Assembly: GCA_030141605.1 (NCBI GenBank)
Contig: JAQGDQ010000588.1
Span: 62,001 to 126,000, forward strand
DNA length: 64,000 bases
Origin: Tubiluchus corallicola
Taxonomy: Eukaryota > Animalia > Priapulida
Reading direction: 5' to 3'
This document shows positions 39,331-63,513 of the stretch, piece after piece (the stretch's first letter is position 1; each line of letters starts with the position of its first letter). Both the position numbers and the translations under genes were made by a program. The notes under the pieces were generated by a model. The model saw nothing but the letters and a program-made list of their open reading frames with translations. It did not search any database and was not told where the DNA came from.

Positions 39331-41293
39331 TTTACACCACTTGATCTGAATTTTTTAACAAGGCGGGAAAATTTTTGTGATTTAGGGATTTGGCGTAATA
39401 CGTAATAATTTTGACGTATTTTCTCGTTATAGTTTCTAACAGTCGCTATATTTATTGTGCAAGGATGGCGTCGTTTAATGCGAAATGATCCAATCCATCA
39501 ATGGAAACCATCATGCGCACAATGATTCAGCGTGACAAATTTGGGACTGGTGGAGCACAACCGGACGAAAGAGCACAAGTTTGAAAGAAAACCTGCTGCT
39601 TAAGGGACAGACTATCTGTTTTTAGAATTGTAATTTCACACGACAGTAGGCCCAAGTGAGGGGTTTTTATTATTGGAACTGAATGGTGCAAATTGTGCCT
39701 TTAAAATGAACGCAATTGTATGTAATTATTCAGTCGGACCTGCTCTTTTTAGTAAGATTTGAAATTTGTGACACTTCTGATGTTCTTTCTATGTGAACGT
39801 ACAACATATATGTAATGTATTAGGTTTTACGGCAGGTAATTTTAAAATAGGCTCACAAAACGTAGCAGTACGTAATGGTAACTCAAAAGTGGGTGGCCTA
39901 CCGTTGAAAAATATGCAAATGTTTTTCACGCTGCAGACCTCTTAGCAATAATGGAAACTTAATGGTTAAATTTTGTATCTCGACAGATTCCGCTCATTTG
40001 ATAACAAAATGTAAAACGAATTGTGCAGATTTCAATTTGCTGACTATTCAGACCTATATACATTATGATTTGTTAAAAAGCGAAGAAAATGAAAACTTTG
40101 GCTTGAGAAATTGTTGCTGATCCGACCTGTAGGACTACAAGAGTTAAAGCAAAATGACAATGTAAAAAACGCAAAGTTAGCAATTAAAAATCTCTCGGTT
40201 TTTTACTGCAATGTCAGGGGATTTCTATTGTAAATTTTATTTTGACGTAAACCTCTAAAGCAAATCTGTACTTATTCCTCTATTCTGCGTAATTGTCATA
40301 GCCCATAAATCAGTTTAAGCAGACATATTCAAGAAAAATAAACCACGAATAGATAATATTTATTTTAGTCTTCACTGCTCTCAAGCACATCAGTGGCAAG
40401 CAGGCGCAGATTCATAAAATTGATGAGTATCATATTACTAAAACGTTTGCTTTGTACATTTACTGTTAGCAGTGGAAATGTGCTGAGAGATAACGTTTTA
40501 TGTAGTGTTATGGACCTTGCATGTGGTATTGTTGACTAAACTGGAAAAAGATACAATAACAAACGATTTTACTGTGCACAGGTTTTTTACTAGTTGTTTT
40601 AATTACATAACACAAACAATCCTATACCTTCAACTATCAGCGCGTAGAGCAAGTACTTGACCTAGCACTACATGTACAAATTATTAAAAACGTACACAAA
40701 ACAGATTTACAGCAAGACAGGATTGCATGTATGTAGTGAAAATAGATTAGTACAGTTAATTTTTGTTGACACTGAAGTGGATTTAAAGACGATTCATCAA
40801 ATTAGAGAAAAAACACAGAGAAATTGAAAATAAACTATAGCTTTATTAAATCAATAAAAATTCAATTAAAGATTGGCAAAATATTGTTCAGAAAACTCAA
40901 TGAAGTAAGAATGGTGGATACCGTTACGTAGAAACATTATTAGCTAGTTCATTAGGTTGTGCTTAGTTTGAACTGCTTTTAACAATGCCCATTGAAAGCT
41001 TTTGTAGAACACAGCAATTATTTGGCGTAACTATACTGGACCATAGGTTTCACAGATGCATCACGTGGTTAACCAGCACAGCACTGGCAGCGCCAGGTCC
41101 ATTGGTGGTTCTCTGGAGGAGGTTTGTTGCGCTAAAGGTAAACAGAACGCAGGCAAACACCCCTGCCAGATCACCAAAATAACGGTGCTTCAACTGAGAT
41201 AGAAAGAAGGACCTAGGAGGCTACGAGTGAGGTGCTGCTTGGCCAGATGGCTGACGTCCAGTGCAGTTTAGAAGAAGTTTCTTGACTAGACTC

Positions 41294-52219
<10,926 letters not shown>

Positions 52220-52341
52220 TCTGTCTGTGTATGTGTGAAATCAGGAAGAGGATCCTGGACAGATGCGTACAGCTGAAGCTACCACGGGAATGGAGAGACA
52301 CTGCCTCCAATGCAGAGTACAGTCGCTTGGCTGCTGTAAGC

Positions 52342-52351
52342 CCATTTTTGG
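52342..52351. promoter_or_regulatory. CArG box (SRF site) upstream of the RLC gene
   Basis: CCATTTTTGG matches CC(A/T)6GG, ~125 bp 5' of the RLC ATG; a CRE palindrome TGACGTCA at 52536-52543 and E-boxes lie nearby. Confidence 0.5.
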
Positions 52352-55300
52352 GAATCGGTGATATTCGCTGATAGGCGTGCTTGGCAGGCTTCGAGTGAAA
52401 TCGTATCCGGTGCACCGCCGAGTAAAAATATACACAGCAAGCACACTGCTCTATTTTAGACCTTCTCCTGACAGTCCTCGCAGCAGACATTTTCGAGGGA
52501 TGATCCAGAAGTCGCGACGATTACGGCGCCCCTAATGACGTCACTGGAGGCGTGAAGCATCTGTTGTAAGACCGAAAATAACGTGAGACCTTAGTATGTT
52601 TGCACAGTCAGTTTGAGATATATTTTTTATCCCGATGAAGACCGTGTGGAAAATGTATTGGCAGAGACAAACCTTGTAGCACCTGTAAGAGGTCTAACTG
52701 GTCTGTACTAAGTGCAGATGCGGGCGTCTCATAGCATAACCTGCTGTATGTCATGATACGTTTTTCATCTTCATAAAACTGACATTCGGTAACAGGTGAA
52801 TTTTTCACGTACTGAAAATTCTAAAGATGACGTTGCATCATATATCGGTTAGATATTTTGACGTTTACGTTTACGTCTTTAAAAACTCTCTTAGAATGCT
52901 GGTTTCACACACAAAAAATGTTTTCTTTTTTTAGCAAACATATAATACAGAGTGCACGAATTTTCCACTTTACGTAAAATCACTGGACAGTGGATAATGT
53001 CCTCACAAAAACAGTTTTAACTTTGATAAGTTTTGCTTTATAATTCAATTAACGATTCTTCTCTGAGTGCTTAAAAGTCTTGATAGAATATTTTCTGCAT
53101 GCTGATATACAAGATTACATACAAGAATATTATCATAAAATTAGCTTTCTAGCAGACTAGCACCAGTTTCGGCAAAAAATTGTCCAGATAATATACATAT
53201 TTTTAATAAATTTGCCAAATTTGTGCATTAAAATAAATAGAATTGAGTTGCATACGATTTGCAGATGTACAAACATAGTCGAATATAGCTTTTCAAGCAA
53301 TGTGTGTAGCTGACTTATCATGGTTTGTGCTTACCGATCGCAGGTAAGCAAAACCGAGGATGGTCAAAGAAGTGGCCGTCTAGTCCGGTACTCACTCTAG
53401 ATAGTTTCACTCGTCATACTGAATTTTTTTGTTTATTTCGTCACTAAGGGACCGCGTATTCACGCCGAACGCTCCCAACCTGTTCCATCGTTGAAATCGT
53501 TGAGAATTGTAAGTTAGCTCTGCCACTGTGTGCTGAATTCCAGCTTGTTTTTTATTATACAAAACGGCTTTATTTGTGACAACGTAAAAACGTCTGCAAA
53601 TAAAATTCAAACTGCTAAGTACCCATTATTCAGTTATTCAACTTTCCTTTTTAGATAAGCTCTCATGTCAGTTTGTGCTTTGGAATGTACCATGACAAAC
53701 GGTTCGGGATGCAGAAAGTCCAGGCCATTGGGTGCTTTTGAATCCTGTATTTGGTGTAAGTGTTCTCACTGTGATAAAAGCCAGGACCTGTCCTGGGTTT
53801 TCCAAAACCACATAAAAGGAGCTGGTCTCAGAAGGTACCACATCCAGGACTCATTGCCGTAAACCCTACCTTGTAGTGAAAATACGTCAATACCGGTCAG
53901 ATAAAAAACAGGAGCAAGAGTCTCCTCGACTCTCCTTGACTAATCTAGCAAGCAGCAGTAGCATCAGCATCAGCAGTCGCACCACCACCACCACCAGCAG
54001 CAGCAGCTGTAGCAGTAGAAGCACATTTCGAAACCAATATAAACTGTTTTTAATGCGGGCGAAATGGCTACAGCCATTTACGCAGAGTATACAGTCACTA
54101 CAGTATAGCGTAAATAGGTACAAGTGACGTGAGACAAAACTACCAGGATGTCCTGGCAGCATTTTATGTGATAAACAGGGTTCATGTCGCATTCTGAAAT
54201 ACGTACCGATGAACAATAAACTTCATTTATTCATCAGATGCACCACCAGTTTACGACTTTTGATGGTCTGTTTAGCGAATGCTCTTGGCTGTTTTTCTTG
54301 TTGATGTATGCAGTATGCTCCTCTACTTGTGCAGCATCTCATCTAATAATCAAAGAGGATCCCGGCATAATACTTAGCAATGTGATACTTAGTTGTCTGT
54401 CCCACCACAACCATTTACATTAAGTAGCCTGCCAATGGATGCTGGATATCAATTTGCATAACAGATAAAAATAAAGAAAATAATATACATATAACAGCAA
54501 CAGAGAAAGAATAAAATAACTAGTTAGGTAATAGCATATGTGTGCTTATAACTAGTTATATAGTAGCATATGTGTATAAGAGGCTGCCGAGTTGCAGATA
54601 TGTCACAGTTGTATTAAAAATGCATATAATTATATCATAACAAATGAGTGACGTGTAGTGTGTATACTATAATGTCACTGGTAATTTGGTAATTCTAGCT
54701 TCACACGTTTTTGTAAAATTTTCACCTTTCCATTAGCATATTATGGAATTATGTAACTTTCTCATCGAATTATACACCTCTAGAATGTCACGAATTTGCA
54801 GGGTGTCTAAAAAAGAAAAGTCTCTTCTGGTTAAGTCATTTAAAACAACTTTAACAAATGAAAGAGTGTGGCTTTAAGCCAATGTAAGCTATCTAGCTTT
54901 CTTACATATAAATCTTTTAATGTTTAAATAATCACATTTGCCGTAATTATCATTATAATTACATTTAATAAATTCCAGATTGTAACCAAATGTTGACTGC
55001 ACAGAATATACTGCATTTTTCTCAAAAAAAGTTCACAATAGTATATAGTGTCTGTATTACTAATTTTCCATTAGTGAAATGTGTGAAAGATCACACCACA
55101 TAAAAACGTCTCCTGATTTAAATTGACAAAGCATGCTATGAAGCTAGACTGATTTTACAAAGTTTCGTGGTAAGATTAGAAGGGAATGTTTAAGATTAGA
55201 AGGGAATGTTTAACTGAATAATTGCATGTTTGGATATTACTGCAAAATTTTAAAGGTTTTTGCTTGTCAATACAAATTTATTAAACTACAAAAATATGAG

Positions 55301-57554
55301 TGTTAGAAGGATAAGAAAGCTTATTTCGAAAAGTGTTTCCCAAACTTAAAGTAAGACGCGATGATCTTTCATATGCTAACCTTTTTCAAGTCCGATAAAA
55401 GTATACATTTAACACAATTAATACTGCAAAAGTACGGTGCTACTGTAAGATATTCAGTGTGTTATACTAAACTAGGCAAGTTTTACAATAAAAATTCAAA
55501 TTTCAAATTTACCGCTGGGCTCACGTTTGAGCTATCGAACGTGTGTAGTTCGTCAGAAACTAACACATTTGAAATGAGAGGTACAGCACCTGTTTTTGTG
55601 CAATGCGTTTCCAAAATGTAGGCGCTAGTCGCCGTCTAACTAGCGAATGGCGAAATGCATGTAACGGCGAAGAACTAGTGGCGCGATCGCGAAATTGTGT
55701 TTGTGTGGTAATAATTCTTTCACTATTTTGAAAAAAACAGTATGTTTCCTTTCAATATTTTAAGGAGTAGATTGTTTTGACTCACAGTTCAAGATTGGGT
55801 CCGGTTTTCCTTTAAGTGATGGTTTATTAGTGCCAATGGTGGCACAAATACTGAGGCAGATATTCTCCGAGGACAGTCCACAGCTTCGTTTAGCTGACGT
55901 CACGTACAGAGTATTTTATCACCTTGTCTAATCTACAGTGGTATGGTTGTTGTGTGGCTGCTGTAAATTTGGATGTTTACGCATTCTGAAACGGATCGTG
56001 CAGCCGCGATGAAAATTATTACGATCCGCTGTAGAGTTTCAAATACCGATTAAACCTTTATGGACGCTGTAAAGACGTACAACTTATTTATGAGTGGCAC
56101 AACGCCCAGCTTTCAAGCATAGGCGCTTATAAATAATTGTCATTTATTCATAATTATTGTCATTATAATTATTTGAAGCAGAAGAACATTAATCATATTC
56201 CTAGAATATTTAATTAGGGCCTGCTATTGGCTTACTACATTACAGAATATGACTATACATTTCCCTGTTCGTGCAGGCTAAACTTGAATAATAATCTAAA
56301 TGATCACAGGCAGCCATAAATACATATTAAATTTCGCATTGCGTTACGACTTACATATCTAGTATTTATTATGTATGAAATAGAAGAGACTTTTCCTGAG
56401 ACTTGTAATCATCAACAGAGAAAAACGTAATGCCCTTTACAGTCTCAAAGATGGTCTCAAATATTATAATCTTTGAGATTATAAAAGGCTTAGGTTTTTC
56501 TCTGTTAGTTATATTCAGACAATGAACCATTAAATTTTACAAAGAGCAATAAAAATACAGTGTAATGCCATTTATAAAATGTGAGATATTAACGCAATTA
56601 AAAATATTACAAATATAATACAATAAAATGTTAGTTTAGAATTCTCATATTGGGTGAAATCCGCCCCGATACATTGTAAACACAACAACATCCAAGTATC
56701 TGCACATCAAATCGTGTAGCATCACATTACAGCTAGAAAGAATACGCTGTCTATACACACTTAAAATCACTTATGACGTAAAACCACAACTTCAATGAGG
56801 TACAACAAAATTACTACAACTTATAAATGAGGCCGAAACACCAAAGTGACAAGTAAAAAGTTCAAAGTAAAATGGTAAGCTGATTGTAGTTTGCGAAAGG
56901 TATGCTGATTATAACTCATCCAAAGAGGCAACTCGTAAAAAGTTGCACAATTAGAGCGAAACAAAGTTTGATTTCAACATTTGAGCAATTAGAAGACATG
57001 GTTTACTGAATTTTCTTAAGTTAAGACGTGTCATGATGAGTCAGTAAGATTGTCATTATAGTATTGTGTATACAATTGCTAAGATTTGGGCTAATAACAT
57101 ATGTATACCATTTAATTTACTTCAAAATTAGTTATTAAATTTTTAGTTGAATCGCAAATAATTTGTTAGTTACGACGACACTGTAGTGCATAACTGCTAA
57201 ATTACATAAAATTGACATTTTTGTTATTAGTGATTACGAATATTACGCTATTCGCTACTAGCATAAAAGTTTTATTATGTTTAGATGGAATGCCACGTTT
57301 TGATTAAATAAATGGATAATAAATACTGAGCAACTTGCATAATCCAAGCGTCTTAAAAAACGAAACAACTTCATGTGAAACAACCTTGACAACTTGGCAG
57401 CCGTTTTGTGAGTTAGCCTATGTGAACATCATGCTATAGGCTGCGTGCGTGACCTATTTTACAAATAGGGCATTCTTCACTTTAGCGTACAGTTGGATCT
57501 ACCTAGACCCGAGAAAAACAAGAAAATGTATTAACAAAGAAAGTAATAATTAAA

Positions 57555-58124
57555 AATAAAACTGCTGAACAGTTACGAACAATTTTACGCAAAGGAAGCT
57601 TGATGGTAGCTGGCGGAAAAGCTGAGTTGGTGTGACGAGTCTGAGATTGTGAATTATGGGTTTAGTAAATCAGCAGGTGCAGACGGCCAATCCGGTGGCA
57701 TGGAGACGGCGCTTGGTTCTCAGGACTCGTCGACACGGCCAACTGGCACTGATGACGGGCGTGTTATTTTTGTAGCCTCAACTTTTGAAAGTGTTTTAAG
57801 AACATTTACCAAGTCCACGAGGAAAGGCAGTCCGAGGAAGCTGAAGAGTCAAGAGCTGAAAATTCGTAAATAGGAGCTCAAACTACAGGCCATGAAGCTG
57901 AACCCGAATGTCTGCAGGTAGAGATGTCATCAGTTGGTGGCGTTAATGATGATGACAGTCAGAATGAGGTCGCGTCTAGGCAGGATGTGGCGCCATCTGC
58001 TGGTGAAAACTGCAAACAAAAAGTAACTGACTTATTGCAAACATCCGGTCTTCTTGCAAACGAGGTTTCAGGTGATGTCACACTAAAGGAGGAACAAATA
58101 TGCTCAAAAGAGCCTTCTTTTTAA
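57555..58124 (+). mobile_element. Degenerate SAP-domain ORF, probably a retrotransposon gag N-terminus
   Basis: KTAEQLRTILRKGSLMVAGGKAELV*RV* matches the SAP consensus with two in-frame stops; followed by S/T-rich and coiled-coil-like segments; no introns. Confidence 0.5.
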
Positions 58125-58904
58125 GTAACAATTTATTTAGCAATTCCGTGTGTTAAAACTATTACATGGCATTACACATAAAATTTGCACAAACATCCGT
58201 TACATTAATAATTTTCCTGTTGCTGAATAACATGAAATTTGTTTTACTTAAATTTAACGACAATTTGTTTATTGCGAACCAATCGCTTAATTTGCCTAGT
58301 TCAGAATTTACTATTGTACACAATTCTCTTAGATTTTGCCGGCAGAAAATAGTGTCGTGTCGTCAGCAACTAAAATAAATTTTAATAATTTTGATACATT
58401 ACATATATCATTAACATAGACAATGAACAATTTTTGACCTAAAACTTATCCCTGTGGAGCGCCACAAACCGCATCTAAGTAATCAGATTCATTATTATCT
58501 ATTTTAAAATACTGTACTCTCTTTTGTAAGTAGCTCTTTACCTAATCTTGTGCAATACCTCTTATTCCATACGTTTCTAATTTATTTACTAGTAGCTCAT
58601 GATCGATCGTATCAAATGATCTTTTCAAGTTTATAGATATATGAACTATATAACATTTTTTTGTGATTTTCAGCCAAGCAAAGCTAGTGCAGTGCTTAGG
58701 TGAGATCTAAAACCATACTGGCATTTACATAAGTAAATTGCCTATGCCGTAGAAGTTATCTAAGCGCAACACAGACAGTTTTTCTAAAATTTTGGGAGAA
58801 CTGTGGGAGTAAAGCAGCTGGTCTATGGTTTGTGAAAACAGTCTTGTTACCTGCTTTGTGGGCAAATATTTCTTTCGCCGATTTTATCTTTTCTGGAAAA
58901 ATAC

Positions 58905-59510
58905 GACTACTCTGTTCACTAATAACGAGTGCGCATAGGTGCTAGTATGCAAGCGCAGGTGCTAGCATGCAATCTACAGCAGGTTAAAACGAAACGTTGC
59001 TTGGTGATGATGATTACAAGCGGTTTCTTATGTTCTGGTAGAGCAACTTAGAAACAAAGTATGTAAAGTTTGTAAATTTGATTGATAGTCATGATATTGA
59101 AAATCTATTTTTATTGAGTCAACCAGAGTTGAATGTTCCATTTACTAACTTGCATTGTAAATGGCAGTTAACTCAATTTAGGGATTTAGATACTTTAGTA
59201 CTAAGTAACATTGATGACATGTTCAATTATGAAGAGTTCTCTGCTGCTTCTAATGTCGGCTGGCTGGACTTTAATTGTGGGGTGGTCGTGTTCAGGCCTA
59301 GTCTAAGTACTTATGAAAAACTTGTATTGCTTGCACAGACGGACGTTAGTACATTTAACGGAGGAGACCAGAGTTTGTTAAATTTATATTTCAGTATCTG
59401 GTGAACAGATTTTCATAAGCATCTGACTTTTGCATATATATAATGCAGAAGGGTGCCTACGGTTATTTGTCTGCTTTTAAACAATTTGGAAATCATGCTA
59501 ATGTTGTTTA
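58905..59510 (+). pseudogene. GYG1: Glycogenin pseudogene (intronless, probably processed)
   Basis: TLFTNNE, QVLACNLQQVKTKRCLVMMIT, IDSHDIENLFLLSQPEL..FTNLHCKWQLTQF, DLDTLVLSNIDDMF, FNCGVVVFRPS, FNGGDQSLLNLYF..W*, AYGYLSAFKQFG; frameshifts, stops and a deletion before the DxD motif. Confidence 0.88.
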
Positions 59511-59942
59511 AGCTGATAGCTGATGAAGGAAATCAATTCTTAATGTAAAAACGATTGCCAGTACCCACTTAAACAAAGACATGGCTTTTATTCAAACATA
59601 ACATCTGCAAAGTTTCGATATACCCTACGTCATGATCATGGGCAACACACCTAAATAAAAGTACAGTGTAAAAGATACAAAAATGAACATTGTGACAAGT
59701 AAACAAGACAAATATTAAAAAATTGTAAACTTATATATCGTGTGGTTCAAAGCCAAATGACAGAAAAAATAAAGTTATGTTAGTCCACCTTTATTTCGTC
59801 TTAAAAACCAAACAATGATGATGACGATGAATATGGAAGCCTTTCCAGTCATGTCACACACTCTCATGTTCAGTATAACTATTTACCACCCCCTGCCACT
59901 AAGACAGTGAAAATAAATGAACAGTCAAACAGAGCTATTAAA

Positions 59943-60267
59943 TCAATAGGAGGAACGATGGCCGTGTCGATACAGATTCTGTATATCGCGTAAATTTTGC
60001 AGAATTTCATTAAACAAAATGTGCACCATCTCAGACGTTTGCTCTGCATTGTGTGTTACAAAATCAAATAGGGTATCCCACTGGTCCTCGGACAGACCGC
60101 AGACAGTTTCTGTCGTTGTTGCTGCAGCCATACAGGTAGAATCCTCTTCTTCAAGGCCGACAAGCGTCATAGCTGGGTCTCCCCAAGTGAAGAGGTATGA
60201 CCCAGTAGGTGTACAAGACGTTCTTAATTGATCTGAAAAATGACAGTTTTAGGACAAATGCTTATAC

Positions 60268-60306
<39 letters not shown>

Positions 60307-61845
60307 AACAATATATTTCTACTTAGGTGAAAATAGCGTGGGTTATAGGTAGATATAATTTTATTTGTACACGTTAAGTAGCTTAGCGCTAGTAGATTTT
60401 TCATTAAGTTGTAAGTTTTATTTTCGTTTGGTGTCGAAACGTGTTTGGAGTAAATTAAGATTCGGTTATTTGTACGGAGTGGTTGGAGGTCTGTCGATGA
60501 TAGCAGACTTACTATTGCCTTTAAAACCATAGTAAGTCGCAAATACAGCGACAACGCTGACAACCCATGACAAGGCGTAGGAATGTCGGACATTTCTTAA
60601 TCTACAAGTCCGGAATAAACAATAAAACAATGAAAGTAATGATTGGTATTGAGAAGCACGTTACGTTGAGTAAAGGCGATTTTTTTATCAACTGTTAACA
60701 TAAGCTCAAAAGCTTATGTGGCTCTGTGTCAACAAACTAGATCTGCATAACAATCATTGTTCTCACCACAGCGTGGCCTCACATTTTGCTACATCAAGTT
60801 ACATTTTCCACTCACTATACAGTATTACGGTGTTTCGGAGAGCGAAACATGTGACAGTCTAAAAATTAAGCCGTGCAAGCTGTGTTGCTTGAAAACTCAA
60901 CCTAGATTGTATTTAAAATCCTACAAGTGAATGTAAATGCTAGTGAACTTGAAGCTAGGAGTTAATTGATAGTGATAGCTTGTAAAAGTGCTCCTTAATG
61001 CTATCAGTACTGTAACGTGTAGGTAAACTTTACGAAGAATCAAGCTAAGGCAGTTTGCAATAAAGTTTACACCTGCACAGATGGAGCCCGTCCATTTTTT
61101 CAAGATTTATGCAATTTACAAAAAAATGGAATTAGCAATTTGACATTAAACAAAAAAGGTCCATACCACCCATAGACAAACAACCAAATATTTGCCCAAA
61201 TAACAACGCCACAGCACAAATCAATTAACTTATGGCCAGTATTCTTGTGCTGGGGTCATACAAGGCTGTGACAGTAAAGGGGAGATTCTTGTTGATGGTA
61301 TACTGGTGCTTCTTCGTTTCCTTTCGTTAATAATTAATTTATTATCTGAAAAATGGGGTTAAATATATAATACTGTTTACTCATGCAAACTTACCATGTA
61401 ACACTGACAGCTTAATATCAACTACTGTATAAGTTAAGGAATGCAGGGCTGATATTGTTTTATGTAGGAGTTTGTCCTCGTCTGGATAGTTAAATCGTAA
61501 AAAAGCCTAAACTGTCTCGCGCCTTGAGACGATATTTCTCAAGTTCTCCCGAGACTCGTATTACGTCCAGTACCATTATTATGACAGCTACAGGTTGTTT
61601 GATGTGGAAAGATTTAAGGAAAAAAATAATTCTATAATTAAATATTTTCAAGAATTTGAAATCTTACATACCTATTGTGTTTCTGTCTAGAACACTATCC
61701 TCTATTATGATGCCCGTGATCATTCCTGAAAAGCTGTAGCTAGGGTTAATATTTCCAGGACCTGGATTGTCATGGTCTTGCCCAATTAGGAATTCTCCAT
61801 TTGCATCGCCTATTATTGGCCCCGAAAAAGTGCCAAAGGATCCAG
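59943..61845 (-). CDS. 3' exons of a pentraxin (LamG-like) domain protein; upstream exons not identified and probably beyond the window
   Basis: Exon 61845-61672 (GEFLIGQDHDNPGPGNINPSYSFSGMITGIIIEDSVLDRNTI) matches the pentraxin pattern LILGQEQD..GG.F...QSF.G.I.....W..VL; phase-1 splice to 60232-59943 (DQLRTSC...GSYLFTW...stop) completes the domain. Confidence 0.75.
60274..60303. repeat. (TA)n microsatellite
   Basis: Direct reading. Confidence 0.95.
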
Positions 61846-63385
61846 CTAAACACGAAAAAACATTTGTAACCTGTTCAAATCCAACAAGTTTATAGCATTT
61901 ATAGTTATCTACAATAATACTATGATTGTTGAAAAAAACATGGAAAGCTAGCTGTCTGAGGTTGAATAAAACAAGTAATTCTGTTTAACAAGTAAAACAA
62001 GGAGAAAGAAATGTTATTCAAAAGTAGCGGGCGAAAACCTTCCGCCAAAATGTCCGTTTTTTGTTCATTGCTGAAATGCCGGGTTGGAAAACTTGAAAAA
62101 TGTACCAGTTATGGTTGAGCTGTGAGATGGTGAGGGTTTTCGAAGGAAATTTATAGCTCTTTGGAAAAACCATTTCACGGCTACACGGTAATGTGGGTCT
62201 TTTTTACAAACACTTCCACGAAGCTGGAAAAGTTAGTTTGAGGCCTTTTTTGGACGACTCTAAAGACGAAAATTCCAATGGCATTATTATTACACGTATA
62301 TTATAATATCTTGAAATCCATATGAAATGCTCACAATTTAGAAGAAATCGGTGCAAGACACCTTTCTAGTAACTTTTCGAATACAATTTGCATCAGAGTC
62401 GAATAGAAATGAGCACGTACACACACGAATTATCATTTTCCAACCCTTGACTATGTTGCAAAGTGGAGACCCTGTATACTGTACATTCACTGTACATTCA
62501 TACTGTAGTAGTCTAATCATGGATCTTGATTCTAGATCCATGGTCTAATACTGGTCGCACATGGTGAGAAACCTCTCTGCATCAAACTGTCTGACGCACA
62601 CCGTCTCAGACAAAATTTGCCCGCACACGGCAACTTTTGTAAGGAGCAAAACGGTTGCATTCGTAACTCTGTAAACAATATCTAGCTGATTCCCCGCCCT
62701 CCCTTGATGTTATATGAGTTATTATAAATAGGTGTGTAATAAAATTTGCAATTATGTATTGAAAGGAAAATAAATTTCAATCTGTCCCGAGCCCGCAAAC
62801 GACAGCTGTCTGAGACAAAAAATTAAACACGCTACACATGGCAGACACGATGCAAAACCTGCAGCAAATTTTACATTGAACTCGCTTAAGTCCCCCCCCC
62901 ACGAGAGCTGTATGAGCTTACCCCAAAACAAAAAATTAATCACAATGTACAGGGAAAATCTAAGTGCAACAAGTTCTCTGCAGCAATAGATCTTTTGTTA
63001 AACGTGGCTAATTTCGTGTCTCACACAAAACCTGCCCTACGGCACAAAATCCTACAAAAATTTGTGTCAGACAAGACCAGATCAGACCAATAAAAAGCAA
63101 CCGTTTAGTCACGGGTCATCTAGTATTTGTTTACTGAGGTTAGCCGTGACACAGATGGATTGGTTTTGCACATTGGTACGCCCTGTGTAAGCAACATAGC
63201 AATTTTGCTACATAAACGCAGGAATGACCACTTTTCTATATATCACAGTTAAATCTAGGAAAGTATTTTAACTACAATTACTTTATGGTGGTATTTTCAA
63301 TATCTGTCAATTCTGCCAACGGTTTAGGGCCGTTTCCCAGATAATTTTTTTCACAGAAAAACATTCCCAGGGAAAACAGCTTCTC

Positions 63386-63513
63386 TACGGAACCCTCGAA
63401 CGGACATGGTGAAAAAATTTTAATTCGTGGCTACGAATAATCCGTGCGCAGGAAATACTAATTCGTGGCCACGAATTAAATTTTTTTCACCATATCCCTT
63501 CGGGGGCTCCATA
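63386..63513. mobile_element. Small TA-flanked MITE with ~50-bp terminal inverted repeats, nested in another repeat
   Basis: TACGGAACCCTCGAACGGACATGGTGAAAAAATTTTAATTCGTGGCTACGAA vs reverse complement of the right end TATGGAGCCCCCGAAGGGATATGGTGAAAAAAATTTAATTCGTGGCCACGAA. Confidence 0.75.

Noticed and set aside
52450-52460. MEF2 site in the RLC promoter
   Set aside because: CTATTTTAG is one base short of the YTA(A/T)4TAR consensus
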